A stretch of DNA of 64,000 bases from Gaiellaceae bacterium (GCA_036274755.1 DASUFC010000061.1:3278-67277); one strand, 5' to 3'. Counted from the first letter of the stretch, positions 1-9,014 are shown. Numbers and translations are program-made. Notes: generated by a model not told the origin, from the letters alone.

Positions 1-158
1 GCACCGTCCATGCGCTGACCAGCGACGAGGTGGCCGCCGTCGTCGACGACCGCGATAGCCAGCGAAAGGTTCCGCGCGGCGGCTTCGTCGCGGATGCGAG
101 AGAGCAAATCCAGCGCGAGCTCGAGCGAAATGGTCTGCCGAGGGACCAGGCCGTCCAC
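1..158 (-). CDS. GlcG/DUF336-like protein, N-terminal fragment (gene runs off window start)
   Basis: Not in the ORF track (short in window). Reverse-strand translation starts at GTG 158-156, directly after an in-frame TAG: VDGLVPRQTISLELALDLLSRIRDEAAARNLSLAIAVVDDGGHLVAGQRMDGA. This fits the GlcG/DUF336 N-terminal pattern (..iaVvD.gG.lva..RmDGA). Confidence 0.45.
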   Translation of the reverse strand, partial: MDGLVPRQTISLELALDLLSRIRDEAAARNLSLAIAVVDDGGHLVAGQRMDG

Positions 159-289
159 CGGCCGATCCTACGGCAGTCGTACCGGCGCCGCTGTCCGCGG
201 CGCGCCGAATGACGCGGTTGCCGGAGTGCGCGGCCGGGCGGCCAGTCGACAGTCCGCCCGTCTTGTTCCTGTGGCTGACGCCTGGACAG

Positions 290-329
290 CGAACCCGCGA
301 GGGGCGCCTCCCGGCCCCTCGCGGGTTCG
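290..329 (-). terminator. Perfect 16-bp GC-rich stem-loop just downstream of the 346..936 gene
   Basis: cgaacccgcgaggggc / gcctcccg loop / gcccctcgcgggttcg. It lies 17 nt after the TAA of the minus-strand gene. There is no strong U-tract, so intrinsic-terminator status is uncertain. Confidence 0.45.
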
Positions 330-345
330 TGTTCGTCGCCGAGTC

Positions 346-936
346 TTACGCGGCCGCCGCCGACGCCTGAATGTCGGCTCCTTCCGGTTGCGCTCGGCCG
401 AAGACGGCCTTCGCCAGGATCGCCAGGCCGATGCCGGTCAGCAGTAGCGCGATCCCGACCACGATGCTGAAGATCGCGAGCATCTCCGACATGAACCCCA
501 TGTCGAGAGCCGTCGCCAGCGCCGTCTCGGTGACCCAGATGTTGCGGGCACCGTTCGAGATCGGCTGGCCGCTGTCGTCCTTCGCAGCCTCCGCCTCGTC
601 GTTCGTCCCCTTCGGGTCGTCCGGGTTCGCGGCTGACTGGTAACGCCCCATCTCGGCGTAGGTGAGCCCCTGGGTGCTCGAAAGTGTGTGTTCGCGCATG
701 ATCTCCGCCTGCGCGAGCGCCTTCCTGCCTGTGTCGACCGGCTCGCCGGCCCAGTCGGGGGCGTGCTCTGCGACAGCGGGGTCCTCGATCGGCCCGAAGC
801 TGATGCCTTCGCGCGCGATGTGGTCCCTCGTGAAGTTGAAGCCCCAGATGCCGAGCACGATGACAGCGATCCCCAAGACGATCAGCAGCCCTCCCGAGAT
901 GTAGCCCCCGACGCGCAAACCCCTGCCTTCGCTCAT
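346..936 (-). CDS. Hypothetical membrane protein (N- and C-terminal TM helices, acidic central domain)
   Basis: ORF 346..1023 trimmed to ATG at 936, which is preceded by aggaggcggacg (SD). TM segments are GGLLIVLGIAVIVLGIWGF and LAIFSIVVGIALLLTGIGLAILA. GC3 is high. Confidence 0.6.
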   Translation of the reverse strand: MSEGRGLRVGGYISGGLLIVLGIAVIVLGIWGFNFTRDHIAREGISFGPIEDPAVAEHAPDWAGEPVDTGRKALAQAEIMREHTLSSTQGLTYAEMGRYQSAANPDDPKGTNDEAEAAKDDSGQPISNGARNIWVTETALATALDMGFMSEMLAIFSIVVGIALLLTGIGLAILAKAVFGRAQPEGADIQASAAAA

Positions 937-1095
937 CGTCCGCCTCCTGCTCGTGGTTACCCGAGAACGGCGATTCTGACGGATCTCGCCTAGCGCGTTC
1001 CGTACAGGCAGATGCGGATTCACCGCGGCATCACACGGCTGTCATCCGGCTGCGTTCGGAGTTCGCGGCTGGCCAGGGCTGGGTAGCCTCGCCCT

Positions 1096-1308
1096 ATGGA
1101 AACCGCCGGGAAGGTCATGCTCGGTGCGGCGCTGGTTCTTGCCATTCTCGGTGTCGGCGCGCTGGTGCTGGCGAAGCTCGGCGTGGACCGGCTTCCGGCG
1201 ACGCTTGCGTGGCGATCAGACAACGTGACCGTGTTCGTTCCGATCGGCCTGATGGTGATCGTTTCGATCGTCGGGACGATCGTGCTGAACATCTTCCTGC
1301 GGCGCTGA
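1096..1308 (+). CDS. Small membrane protein, DUF2905-like
   Basis: 70 aa with two TM helices flanking LGVDRLPATLAWRSDNVTVFVPIG. This resembles the DUF2905 pattern (..lgrLPGDi...g.n..fyfPl). Confidence 0.6.
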   Translation: METAGKVMLGAALVLAILGVGALVLAKLGVDRLPATLAWRSDNVTVFVPIGLMVIVSIVGTIVLNIFLRR

Positions 1309-1507
1309 TCCTCCCGAACGAACGCTGCTAGCGCAGCATCCGGTGGGGGAGGCGCGCATCTTCGGCTGATGAGCTCGCCGCGGTGCGCGTCTACCTCGCC
1401 AGCCGGCTCTTCACGCCGTACTGAGCGCCTGTACCCTCGGCCCTCCGTGTCGACCGGCTTCGACGTCTTTCACGCACGCGCAGTCGCGGCATCGCCGGCA
1501 CACGTGA

Positions 1508-1544
1508 CCCGCACAACTAAGCCAAACTCGCTTAGCAGTGCGGG
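1508..1544 (-). terminator. Stem-loop immediately 3' of tRNA-Glu
   Basis: On the minus strand: cccgcac-tg-ctaagc gagtttg gcttag-tt-gtgcggg, starting 7 nt after the tRNA 3' end. No U-tract. It may be a processing or termination hairpin. Confidence 0.3.
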
Positions 1545-1550
1545 CCGATA

Positions 1551-1623
1551 AGGCCCATACGGGATTCGAACCCGTGCCGCCGCCGTGAGAGGGCGGTGTC
1601 CTAGGCCACTAGACGAATGGGCC
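1551..1623 (-). tRNA. tRNA-Glu (anticodon CUC)
   Basis: Reverse complement: GGCCCATTCGTCTAGTGGCCTAGGACACCGCCCTCTCACGGCGGCGGCACGGGTTCGAATCCCGTATGGGCCT. It has a 7-bp acceptor stem, anticodon stem CCGCC/GGCGG with loop CT-CTC-AC, and a GGTTCGAATCC T-arm. CCA is not encoded. Confidence 0.9.
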
Positions 1624-1657
1624 GTGGCGGAGGCCTAGGGTAGCGGATCGAGCGCGA

Positions 1658-1864
1658 CTAGACGGCTTCCGGCTCGCGCGTGTCGAGGCGGCTCTCGAAG
1701 TCGCGACGGATGCTCTCGCCGCTCGAGAGGACCGTCTCATAGCGCGCTCGGCGCGGCGGGAGCTTCACGATGCGAACGTTGTCGTCGCGGTCGCCGTGGC
1801 AGCGCGCGTAGGCGGCGGCCTCATCGAGGGGCCGAAGGCGGTCGCGCTTCCGCTGTCCCCACAC
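1658..1864 (-). CDS. Small hypothetical protein (68 aa)
   Basis: C-terminal part of ORF 1658..1939. From GTG at 1864 (VWGQRKRDRLRPLDEAAAYARCHGDRDDNVRIVKLPP...) third positions are almost all G/C. Upstream of that point the codon bias drops. No family recognised. Confidence 0.35.
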   Translation of the reverse strand: MWGQRKRDRLRPLDEAAAYARCHGDRDDNVRIVKLPPRRARYETVLSSGESIRRDFESRLDTREPEAV

Positions 1865-1948
1865 GTACCTCGGACCCCTATCAGATGGCCGGCGGGAGCG
1901 AAACCCGCGCCCGCAGGATGCGTCCGCACTTTGCGCCAATCCTCTCGT

Positions 1949-2557
1949 TCAGGCGGCGGCCCAGCGGCAGCTCCACGGACTCCAGTCACGTCCCGACCGG
2001 ACGAAGTAGCGATGGGCGGCGACGGCCTGCGCGTGCGCGCTCGGGCCGTGGCCGAACAGACGCCGCTCGTAGGAGCCCATCTGGAACAACCCCAGGTATT
2101 GGCCGTTCTGCGCCGTTGTCTGGAGGTGCGACTCGCACCACGCGACCGCGACTGCATCACGGCAGTTGTGCTCGAACACTTCGCAGATGGCTGCCTTCGG
2201 CGGGAGTGACGTGAGTCGGCGGGCGTCGCGGGCGCGAATCTTCACGCGCAGCACGGAGACCGTCTTCGACAGTTGGCGAACGCGTCGCTCCGCGTACGCC
2301 AGGTTGGACCTGGCGGTCTCCTGATGCTCGGCGGAGCTCAGGAGTGAGCGGTGCGTCTTGAAGAACCTCACGGTCCCCTGGTGTCGGCGCAGTGAAGACA
2401 GTTTGCGCTTCAGTTGCTGATCGAGGGTGAGGGTCGATCTCGTGGTCGTGGCCGTCGCAGACGCCTTCGAGGACGAACTGGACGGGGCCTTCGTCGCTGC
2501 CGCAGCGGCCTGCGTCACGAGAACGAACGCAAGCAGGCCAACGAGTAGGGCTCTCAA
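1949..2557 (-). CDS. Secreted Rpf/transglycosylase-like protein with coiled-coil linker
   Basis: TTG start with aggaggtaaccgt SD. Signal peptide is MRALLVGLLAFVLVTQAAAAA, followed by a Ser/Thr-rich stretch. The C-terminus, AWCESHLQTTAQNGQYLGLFQMGSYERRLFGHGP..AHAQAVAAHRYF..GRDWSPWSC, fits the CES...GL.Q...W lysozyme-like transglycosylase pattern. Confidence 0.7.
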   Translation of the reverse strand: MRALLVGLLAFVLVTQAAAAATKAPSSSSSKASATATTTRSTLTLDQQLKRKLSSLRRHQGTVRFFKTHRSLLSSAEHQETARSNLAYAERRVRQLSKTVSVLRVKIRARDARRLTSLPPKAAICEVFEHNCRDAVAVAWCESHLQTTAQNGQYLGLFQMGSYERRLFGHGPSAHAQAVAAHRYFVRSGRDWSPWSCRWAAA

Positions 2558-2741
2558 ACGGTTACCTCCTGAACGGGGACAGGGGCGCGGCCCGCACAGG
2601 GCCGCTCGTGTCGCTCGATCGAGGCACCTTACCGGACGGTCACGACGTGCCGCTCGGTGCCTTACAAATGACTAAGAAACAATGTCACGAACGTAACCGG
2701 TGGTGACAACGCACGAAGACTCAGAGGCCCACCCAAGCCCG

Positions 2742-3062
2742 TCAGGTCAGCGGCTCGACCTCGTAGATGCGGACCCCGGGGTGGTCCTCGAGAGCAAGGA
2801 GCTCGAACACGGCCGCGACCCTTCGGGAGGCGCGAATGGCGAGCGGACCAGCGCCGTTGCGGGACTTGGCCGAGGTGAGGATCGAGTGCAGTCCGGAGCT
2901 GTCGATGAAGGTCACGCCGGTGAGATCCAGCAGGATCTCGGGTTCAGCGGACATCTCGTCCAGCGCGTCGCGCAAGAGGGGGGCGGTGGCGAGGTCGAGC
3001 TCCCCGACGACCTTGATCCCGTTCTCGGACTCGAGAGCAGCGATGCTGAACTCGGTAGTCAT
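2742..3062 (-). CDS. STAS-domain anti-sigma-factor antagonist (SpoIIAA-like)
   Basis: 106 aa. Motifs: VVGELDLATAPLLRDAL....LLDLTGVTFIDSSGLHSIL (the phosphorylatable DSSG motif). SD aggagtaatca precedes the ATG. Confidence 0.8.
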   Translation of the reverse strand: MTTEFSIAALESENGIKVVGELDLATAPLLRDALDEMSAEPEILLDLTGVTFIDSSGLHSILTSAKSRNGAGPLAIRASRRVAAVFELLALEDHPGVRIYEVEPLT

Positions 3063-3124
3063 TGATTACTCCTATGACGTGTTAGACTGTTCTTGAAAAC
3101 TAATATACGAAAAAGATATCCGGT
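3063..3124. promoter_or_regulatory. AT-rich divergent promoter region between STAS gene and HTH regulator
   Basis: This is the only strongly AT-rich stretch in the first 10 kb (ttcttgaaaactaatatacgaaaaagatatcc). It contains TTGAAA-like and TATAC/GATAT-like hexamers close to the ATG at 3125, which suggests a short or leaderless transcript. Confidence 0.3.
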
Positions 3125-3478
3125 ATGTCAAATCCTGAAAACACAAGCTGGCAGTTCCTGACGAGCCACGCGCAGGTCCTCCTGTGCCTTCAGCGCAATC
3201 CCAACGTTCGGTTGCGCGATGTCGCCGAAACCGTCGGGATCACGGAGCGCGCTGCGCAGCGGATCGTCTCCGACCTCGTTGCGGGCGGGTACGTGACCAA
3301 GACCCGGGAGGGGCGCCGGAATCGTTACGCGCTCGACCCGACCGTCGAGATGCGCCACCCCTCGCAAGTCGGACACGAGATCGGTGAACTTCTCGACCTC
3401 CTGCGGCTCGACGACTCGCCTGCAGGCCGGTCCGGGCGTTCGGGGGAGGGCCCTCGCGCGCGCGACCAGCGGACCTAG
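3125..3478 (+). CDS. Winged-helix (ArsR/MarR-like) transcriptional regulator
   Basis: 117 aa. HTH segment: VRLRDVAETVGITERAAQRIVSDLVAGGYVTKTREGRRNRYAL. Confidence 0.7.
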   Translation: MSNPENTSWQFLTSHAQVLLCLQRNPNVRLRDVAETVGITERAAQRIVSDLVAGGYVTKTREGRRNRYALDPTVEMRHPSQVGHEIGELLDLLRLDDSPAGRSGRSGEGPRARDQRT

Positions 3479-3506
3479 AAGGTCGTTCTCAGCCGCATCC
3501 GAGAGG

Positions 3507-3577
3507 CTGCGGGGCAGGGATTCGAACCCCAACTTCCTGGTCCAGAGCCAGGCGTCCTGCCGTTAGACGACCCCGCA
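3507..3577 (-). tRNA. tRNA-Gln (anticodon CUG)
   Basis: Reverse complement: TGCGGGGTCGTCTAACGGCAGGACGCCTGGCTCTGGACCAGGAAGTTGGGGTTCGAATCCCTGCCCCGCAG. It has a U1-A72 acceptor, anticodon stem CCTGG/CCAGG with loop CT-CTG-GA, and a TTCGAAT T-loop. CCA is not encoded. Confidence 0.9.
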
Positions 3578-3603
3578 ACGGCGCGTCGCAGTGTAGCGCG
3601 AGG

Positions 3604-4497
3604 CTACGGCGCCTTCGGCGCGCCCAGATCGAGGCGGTAGACCGGGACGAGGCGCTTCTCGGCGTCGGTGTCGATGCGCGCCACGACCTCGACGTACGGC
3701 TCGAGGCCCGACCCGCGGAGCTTCGCCTTGAGAAGCCCGTCGACCTGGTAGATGCCCGACGAGTTGTTCATGACGATCTCGACCTTGACCGGGCGCGTCT
3801 CGCCGTCCGTGATGCGGACCTCGTCGATTGCGGCTGCCGACAGCGAGTGGATGGAGACCGATCCGCGCTCGAACGGGATGCGCGAGCGCCCCTTCGCGAG
3901 GTCGAGCGCGTCTGCGACGCGGAGCACGCCGGCCTCCACCGAGAGCGGCTCGCCGTCGGCGCGGTGGCTCGTGATCGCCTGGAGCGCCTCCGAGACGACG
4001 ATGGTGAGCTCCGGCTCCTCGTACACGCCGTCCAGGAGCTCGCGCATCTTCGGCTCGGCGAGGAACAGGCTCCAGTCCTCGTGGTCGCGTCGGTGGATCG
4101 ACATGCCGACGTCGTGCAGCAGGGATGCGAGGACGACGATCACCTCGGAGTCGTCGGCGCGCATGCGGTAGTCCGTCTGCGCCGAGGGCTCGACGCCGTG
4201 CTTCACGAGGAGCCGCAGGAGCTTGAGCGCGATGTTCGCGACGATCTGGATGTGCACCCACGAGTGGTCGTTGATCTGCATCCGGATGACCGCGTTCACG
4301 TTCGATACGTGCCACCACGCCTTCAGCTGGCTGTCGGCGTTGACGCGCTCGACGACGCGGCGGAGCTTGCGGTTCCCGCGCACGGGGACGCGGAGGTGCA
4401 TCGGCTCGATCGCCTCGGAGGGCGTGAGCCGCGCCTCCGCGACGACATCGGCGGCCGGGATCTCGACGACGTCGTCCGGCTCGGGCTGGTGAGCCAT
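3604..4497 (-). CDS. HD-domain metal-dependent phosphohydrolase
   Basis: 297 aa. Motifs: HSWVHIQIVANIAL ... ASLLHDVGMSIHRRDHE (the H..HD signature). Last gene of the minus-strand ABC operon. Confidence 0.75.
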   Translation of the reverse strand: MAHQPEPDDVVEIPAADVVAEARLTPSEAIEPMHLRVPVRGNRKLRRVVERVNADSQLKAWWHVSNVNAVIRMQINDHSWVHIQIVANIALKLLRLLVKHGVEPSAQTDYRMRADDSEVIVVLASLLHDVGMSIHRRDHEDWSLFLAEPKMRELLDGVYEEPELTIVVSEALQAITSHRADGEPLSVEAGVLRVADALDLAKGRSRIPFERGSVSIHSLSAAAIDEVRITDGETRPVKVEIVMNNSSGIYQVDGLLKAKLRGSGLEPYVEVVARIDTDAEKRLVPVYRLDLGAPKAP

Positions 4498-4531
4498 GCG
4501 GGTGAGCTTAGAAGGTCGCGTGCTCGCGCGG

Positions 4532-6337
4532 CTATGCGACCTCGGCCGCCCAGTCGCCGTAGAGGCTCGTGTACGGACCTGGCCGCTCGATGAGCTCGTC
4601 GTGCGTGCCGACCTCGACGATCCGGCCGTGGTCGAGCACGACGATCATGTCCGCGCGGCGGATGGTCGAGAGCCGGTGGGCGATGATGAACGCCGTGCGT
4701 CCCGACAGGAGGCGGCGGAGGCCGTCGTCGATCTTGCGCTCGGTGCCGATGTCCACGGACGACGTCGCCTCGTCCAGGATGAGGATTCGAGGGTCCGCCA
4801 GGAGCGCTCGCGCGAAGGCCACGAGCTGGCGCTGGCCGAGCGAGAGCCGGAACCCACGCTCGCCGACAGCCGTGTCGTAGCCGTCCGCGAGGTCGCGGAT
4901 GAACGCGTGCGCGCCGACCGCGGCCGCGGCCTCCTCGACCTCGGAACGCGACGCGTCGGGCCTGCCGAACGCGATGTTCTCCCCGATCGAGCCGGCGAAC
5001 AGGAACCCCTCCTGTGGGACGATGCCGAGTTGGTTGCGGAGCGAGGCCTGGGTGACATCGCGGATGTCGGTGCCGTCGATAGTGATTCGGCCGTCGCGGG
5101 GGTCGTAGAAGCGCGCGAGGAGCTTCGCGATCGTCGACTTGCCCGCGCCCGTGTGTCCGACGAGCGCGACCGTCGTGCCTGCCGGGACGTCGAGGTCGAA
5201 GTCGTGGAGCACGTCCGGAAGCTCGCCGTACCCGAAGCGGACATGGTCGAAGCGGACGTGCCCATCGATCCGACCCAGCGTCGTCGCGTCGCCCTCGTCG
5301 ACGATGTCGGGCTCCTCGTCGAGCACGTTCGTGATCCGATCGAGCGCGGCAGTCGCGGAGAGGAACGTGTTGTAGAGCTGCGACAGCTGCTGCACCGGGT
5401 CGAAGAAGTTCCCGAGGTACAGCGTGAACGCGAGCAGCGTGCCGATGGACATGTTCCCCTCGACCACGAGCCACCCACCGACCCCGAGGACGATGGCGGT
5501 CGCGACGGAGGAGAGGATGTCGACGGTCGGGAAGTAGATCCCGTTGAGGACGACGGTCTCGTAGTTCGCGTCGCGGTAGCGCTGGTTGATGCCGCGGAAC
5601 GTCGTCTGGCTCGTCGGCTCGCGCGTGAACGACTGGACGACGCGCATCCCGGAGATGTCCTCCGCGAGCGTTGCGGTCACGAGCCCGAGGCGTTCGCGCA
5701 CGCGCCGGTACGCATGGTTCGAGCGCGACCTGAACCACGCGGTTGCCAGCGCCATCAGGGGCAGCACGAGGAGCGTCGCGAGCGCGAGGCGCCAGTCGAG
5801 CAGGAAGAGGACGACGACCGTCCCCGCGAGGACGAGCGTGTTCTGGACGAGGCTCGAGATGCCGTCCGTGACGAGGAGGTCGAGCGCCTCGACGTCGTTC
5901 GTGATCCTGCTCACGATCGCTCCGGTCCGGTTGCGCTCGTAGTAGCCGAGCGACAGCCGCTGCAGGTGGTCGAAGAGCTGGATACGGAGGTCCGCCAGTG
6001 CCCGCTCGCCGACCCAGCCCGTGAAGTAGGTCTGGGCGCTCGAGAGAGCGAATGCCGCGGTCCCCGCTGCGATGAACGCGAGCACGATGAGGCTCAGCGC
6101 GTGCAGGTCGCCCTGCTGGATGCCGTCGTCCACTGCCAGCTTCGAGAGGTACGGGGGCAGCAGCGCCACACCGGTATACGCCACGAGCGTTGCGAGGGCG
6201 AGCGCAGTCCGTCCCGGGTAGGGGCGGGCGAGGCGGGCGAGAACGCCCAGGCGGCGGCGGGTCTGGCGCCATGACCAGTCGTCCACGCGGGCGCCACGCT
6301 CGTCGGTCAGGTGACTCGAGTACTGCCAGACCTTCAT
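4532..6337 (-). CDS. ABC exporter, fused permease/ATPase half-transporter
   Basis: 601 aa. N-terminal six-helix TMD, Walker A GHTGAGKST, signature LSLGQRQ, Walker B ILILDEATS. Confidence 0.9.
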   Translation of the reverse strand: MKVWQYSSHLTDERGARVDDWSWRQTRRRLGVLARLARPYPGRTALALATLVAYTGVALLPPYLSKLAVDDGIQQGDLHALSLIVLAFIAAGTAAFALSSAQTYFTGWVGERALADLRIQLFDHLQRLSLGYYERNRTGAIVSRITNDVEALDLLVTDGISSLVQNTLVLAGTVVVLFLLDWRLALATLLVLPLMALATAWFRSRSNHAYRRVRERLGLVTATLAEDISGMRVVQSFTREPTSQTTFRGINQRYRDANYETVVLNGIYFPTVDILSSVATAIVLGVGGWLVVEGNMSIGTLLAFTLYLGNFFDPVQQLSQLYNTFLSATAALDRITNVLDEEPDIVDEGDATTLGRIDGHVRFDHVRFGYGELPDVLHDFDLDVPAGTTVALVGHTGAGKSTIAKLLARFYDPRDGRITIDGTDIRDVTQASLRNQLGIVPQEGFLFAGSIGENIAFGRPDASRSEVEEAAAAVGAHAFIRDLADGYDTAVGERGFRLSLGQRQLVAFARALLADPRILILDEATSSVDIGTERKIDDGLRRLLSGRTAFIIAHRLSTIRRADMIVVLDHGRIVEVGTHDELIERPGPYTSLYGDWAAEVA

Positions 6338-8109
6338 CCGGCTACCACCTGCTGCAGCAGGCCGTGCTCGTGTATCTCGCGGAAGACGGGGCTCGTCTCG
6401 AGGAGCTCCGACTGCGTGCCCCGCGCGGCGATGCGGCCGTGGTCGAGGACGACGATCTGGTCTGCGAGCGCGATCGTCGAGAGACGGTGGGCGATGATGA
6501 TCGTCGTCCGGTCGCGCATGACTTCCTGCAGGCCGGCGCGGATGCGGGCCTCGGTCGTGGCGTCGACCGACGCCGTGGCGTCGTCGAGGATGAGGATTCG
6601 CGGGTCGATCAGGAGCGCGCGGGCGATGGCGATGCGCTGGCGCTGCCCGCCCGACAGCGTGATTCCGCGTTCGCCGACCACGGTGTCGTAGCCGTGCGGA
6701 AGCTCGAGAATGAAGTCGTGGGCCTGCGCTGCCCGGGCGGCAGCCTCGACGGCCTCGAACGGCGCGTCGGGGATGCCGAGCGCGATGTTGTCGCGGATCG
6801 ATGCGGAGAAGAGGAACGGATCCTGAGAGATGACGCCGATCTCTCGTCTGAGCGAGCGGCGCGCGAGGTCACGGACGTCGACGCCGTCGACGAGCACGCG
6901 GCCGGCGTCAGCGTCGTAGAACCGCGGGACGAGGGATGCGAGCGTCGTCTTGCCGGATCCGGTCGGGCCGACGAGCGCCACGGTGCGCCCTGCGCCCACT
7001 TCGAGGTCGATCCCGTCGAGGACGGGGCGCTCGGGGTCGTATCCGAAGGCGACGCCTTCGAACACGAGGCGACCAGGCCCGGGTGCGAGGGGCGCTGCGT
7101 CGGGGCGGTCCGCGATCTCCTCCGGCTCGTCCAGGACTTCGAAGATCCGCTTGCCGGCGGCGATCGCCCGCTGCGTCTGCCCGATCCACATCCCGAGCAT
7201 GCGCAGCGGCATGACGAGCATCGCGAGCAGGAGGTTGAAGGTGAAGAAGGCGCCGAGCGACAGCGAGCCCGACACGACCATGCGGCCCGCGGCGAGGAGG
7301 ACGAGCCCCTGCGCCACGAGCGGGAGGAAGGTGAGGAGCGGCACGTACAGCGCGCGCTGCCTGTTCGCCGCGAGCGTCCGCTCGAACACCGTGCTCGCGG
7401 CGGAGTCGAAGCGGGCGGAACGCCGCTCCTCCTGGGCGAACGACTTGACCACGTGGACGCCGGTGATCGACTCCTCCGCGACGGTCGCGACGTCCGCGAG
7501 TGTCTGCTGCACCTCCCGCAGGACCGGCTGCGACACGCGGCTGTACCGGTAGGCGGTCGCGACGATGATCGGGGTGATCGCGAGCGCCACGAGCGCGAGC
7601 TTCCAGCTGTAGAAGAAGAGGACCGTTGTGACGACGACGATCGTGACCACGTGCTGGGCGAAGAAGATGAGCCCGTACCCGAGGAAGAAGCGCACTGCCT
7701 GCAGGTCGATCGTCGCGCGCGACATGAGCTGGCCGGTCTGGCTGCGGTCGTAGAACCCGAAGGACAGCCGGAGGAAGTGCGAGTAGAGCTCGTCGCGGAG
7801 GTCGTACTCGACGCCGAGCGCCTGCCGGCCGGAGATCATCCTCCTGCCGTACATGAGTGCGCCGCGGACGAGCCCGAGCCCGACGATCGCGGCGATCTCG
7901 AGAACCAGCACGCGGGTGTCGGGATCTCCGTCGAGCTCGTTGATCACGACGCCGGTCAGCACCGGGACGAGCACGCCGGCGATCTGGGACAGGATCGCGA
8001 GCGTGGAGGAGACGGCGAGCGAGGCGCGATACGGCCGCAGGAAGCCGAGCAGGCGCACGAACGTGCGCCAGCCGCTGTCGGCCGTGCTTCGTGGCTCCTC
8101 GTCGGGCAC
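6334..8109 (-). CDS. ABC exporter, fused permease/ATPase half-transporter (partner of 4532..6337)
   Basis: ORF 6334..8613 trimmed to GTG at 8109 (VPDEEPRSTADSGWRTFVRLLGFLRPY...). Upstream of that point the ORF is Arg/Pro-rich shadow sequence opposite the ftcD-like gene. Walker A GPTGSGKTT, signature LSGGQRQR, Walker B ILILDDATS. ATGA overlap with the downstream partner at 6334-6337. The start is approximate. Confidence 0.85.
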   Translation of the reverse strand: MPDEEPRSTADSGWRTFVRLLGFLRPYRASLAVSSTLAILSQIAGVLVPVLTGVVINELDGDPDTRVLVLEIAAIVGLGLVRGALMYGRRMISGRQALGVEYDLRDELYSHFLRLSFGFYDRSQTGQLMSRATIDLQAVRFFLGYGLIFFAQHVVTIVVVTTVLFFYSWKLALVALAITPIIVATAYRYSRVSQPVLREVQQTLADVATVAEESITGVHVVKSFAQEERRSARFDSAASTVFERTLAANRQRALYVPLLTFLPLVAQGLVLLAAGRMVVSGSLSLGAFFTFNLLLAMLVMPLRMLGMWIGQTQRAIAAGKRIFEVLDEPEEIADRPDAAPLAPGPGRLVFEGVAFGYDPERPVLDGIDLEVGAGRTVALVGPTGSGKTTLASLVPRFYDADAGRVLVDGVDVRDLARRSLRREIGVISQDPFLFSASIRDNIALGIPDAPFEAVEAAARAAQAHDFILELPHGYDTVVGERGITLSGGQRQRIAIARALLIDPRILILDDATASVDATTEARIRAGLQEVMRDRTTIIIAHRLSTIALADQIVVLDHGRIAARGTQSELLETSPVFREIHEHGLLQQVVAG

Positions 8110-8129
8110 GGCTTCGTAGGGTACGGATC

Positions 8130-9014
8130 GTGCTCGAGGCCGTGCCCAATGTCTCGGAGGGGAGGCGAGACGACGTCGTCTCCGCGATCGGTGACGCGTT
8201 CGGGCGAGGCGTCGAGGTGCTGGCCACGCACTCGGATGCCGACCATCACCGGTCGGTCTTCGTGCTGGTCGGCGACGACGATGCGCTGATCGAGGCGCTT
8301 CTCGCCGGTATCGCCGCCGCGACCGCGCTGATCGACCTGCGCGAGCACGCGGGCGTGCATCCGCGCGTCGGAGCCGCAGACGTCGTGCCGCTCGTCCCCC
8401 TGGTTCGCGACGACATGCCGAGGGCCGAGCAGTCGGCACGCGTCCTCGCACGCCGTGTTGGGGCCGAGCTCGGGCTGCCCGTGTTCCTCTACGGCGAGAT
8501 CGGCGAGGGGAGGAGGCCGGCCTTCTTCCGCCGTGGCGGGCTCGACGAGCTGCGGGCGCGCGTCGACGCGGGCGAGCTCGTTCCCGACGAGGGACCGGCG
8601 CACATCGATCCACGGTCCGGCGCCGTGCTCGTCGGCGCGCGGCATCTGCTGATCGCCTACAACCTCGAGCTCACGACGGACGAGGTCTCCGTCGCCCGCG
8701 AGATCGCGGCTGCAGTGCGGCACTCGAGCGGCGGCATGCCGGGCTTGCAGGCGATCGGGCTCGAGCTGGCTACTTCCGGTCGCGCGCAGGTGAGCATGAA
8801 CGTGATCGACATCGAGGCTGCGCCGCTGCACGAGGTCGTCGAGCGCGTCCGCAGCGAGGCACGCGCGCGGGGAGTCGAGATCGCCCGCGGAGAGCTCGTC
8901 GGGCTCGTTCCCGAGCACGTCCTGACCGACGCTGCAGCGGCGGGCGTCGAGTTGCCGGGGGTCGACGAGTCCATGGTCCTCGAGCGCCGGCTCCGCTCTA
9001 GACTCGCGGAGTGA
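8130..9014 (+). CDS. ftcD: Glutamate formiminotransferase (stand-alone FT domain)
   Basis: GTG at 8130 gives LEAVPNVSEGRRDDVV...HSDADHHRSVFVLVG...GARHLLIAYNLEL...SSGGMPGLQAIGLEL...QVSMNV. This is the classic FT-domain pattern. No cyclodeaminase domain is present. The 8091 start would overlap the divergent ABC gene. Confidence 0.8.
   Translation: MLEAVPNVSEGRRDDVVSAIGDAFGRGVEVLATHSDADHHRSVFVLVGDDDALIEALLAGIAAATALIDLREHAGVHPRVGAADVVPLVPLVRDDMPRAEQSARVLARRVGAELGLPVFLYGEIGEGRRPAFFRRGGLDELRARVDAGELVPDEGPAHIDPRSGAVLVGARHLLIAYNLELTTDEVSVAREIAAAVRHSSGGMPGLQAIGLELATSGRAQVSMNVIDIEAAPLHEVVERVRSEARARGVEIARGELVGLVPEHVLTDAAAAGVELPGVDESMVLERRLRSRLAE

Noticed and set aside
1369-1551. 60-aa ORF on the plus strand next to tRNA-Glu
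   Set aside because: It is Ser/Pro/Arg/Thr-rich with no SD, and it ends inside the tRNA-flanking hairpin. It is more likely non-coding spacer.
2558-2741. Cyclic-di-AMP (ydaO) riboswitch upstream of the Rpf-like gene, and likewise upstream of the NlpC/P60 gene (34246..34354)
   Set aside because: By eye I could not find the conserved cores (GGGGACCCA / GGGGUGAAUC / CCGA...AGC type elements). The 34246..34354 leader is also too short. A covariance-model scan would be needed for a definitive answer.
4323-8289. Very long ORFs (649, 592 and 699 aa, and others) overlapping the two ABC transporter genes in other frames or on the other strand
   Set aside because: They are extremely Arg/Pro/Ala/Gly-rich with no recognisable motifs. 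They are typical shadow ORFs of high-GC coding DNA. The ABC frames carry Walker and signature motifs and account for the region.
8091-8613. Longest-ORF starts for the ftcD-like gene (8091) and the upstream ABC gene (8613)
   Set aside because: Using both would make the divergent genes overlap by about 500 nt. The extra N-terminal sequences are Arg-rich with no homology pattern. Internal GTG starts (8130 and 8109) give N-termini typical of the respective families.
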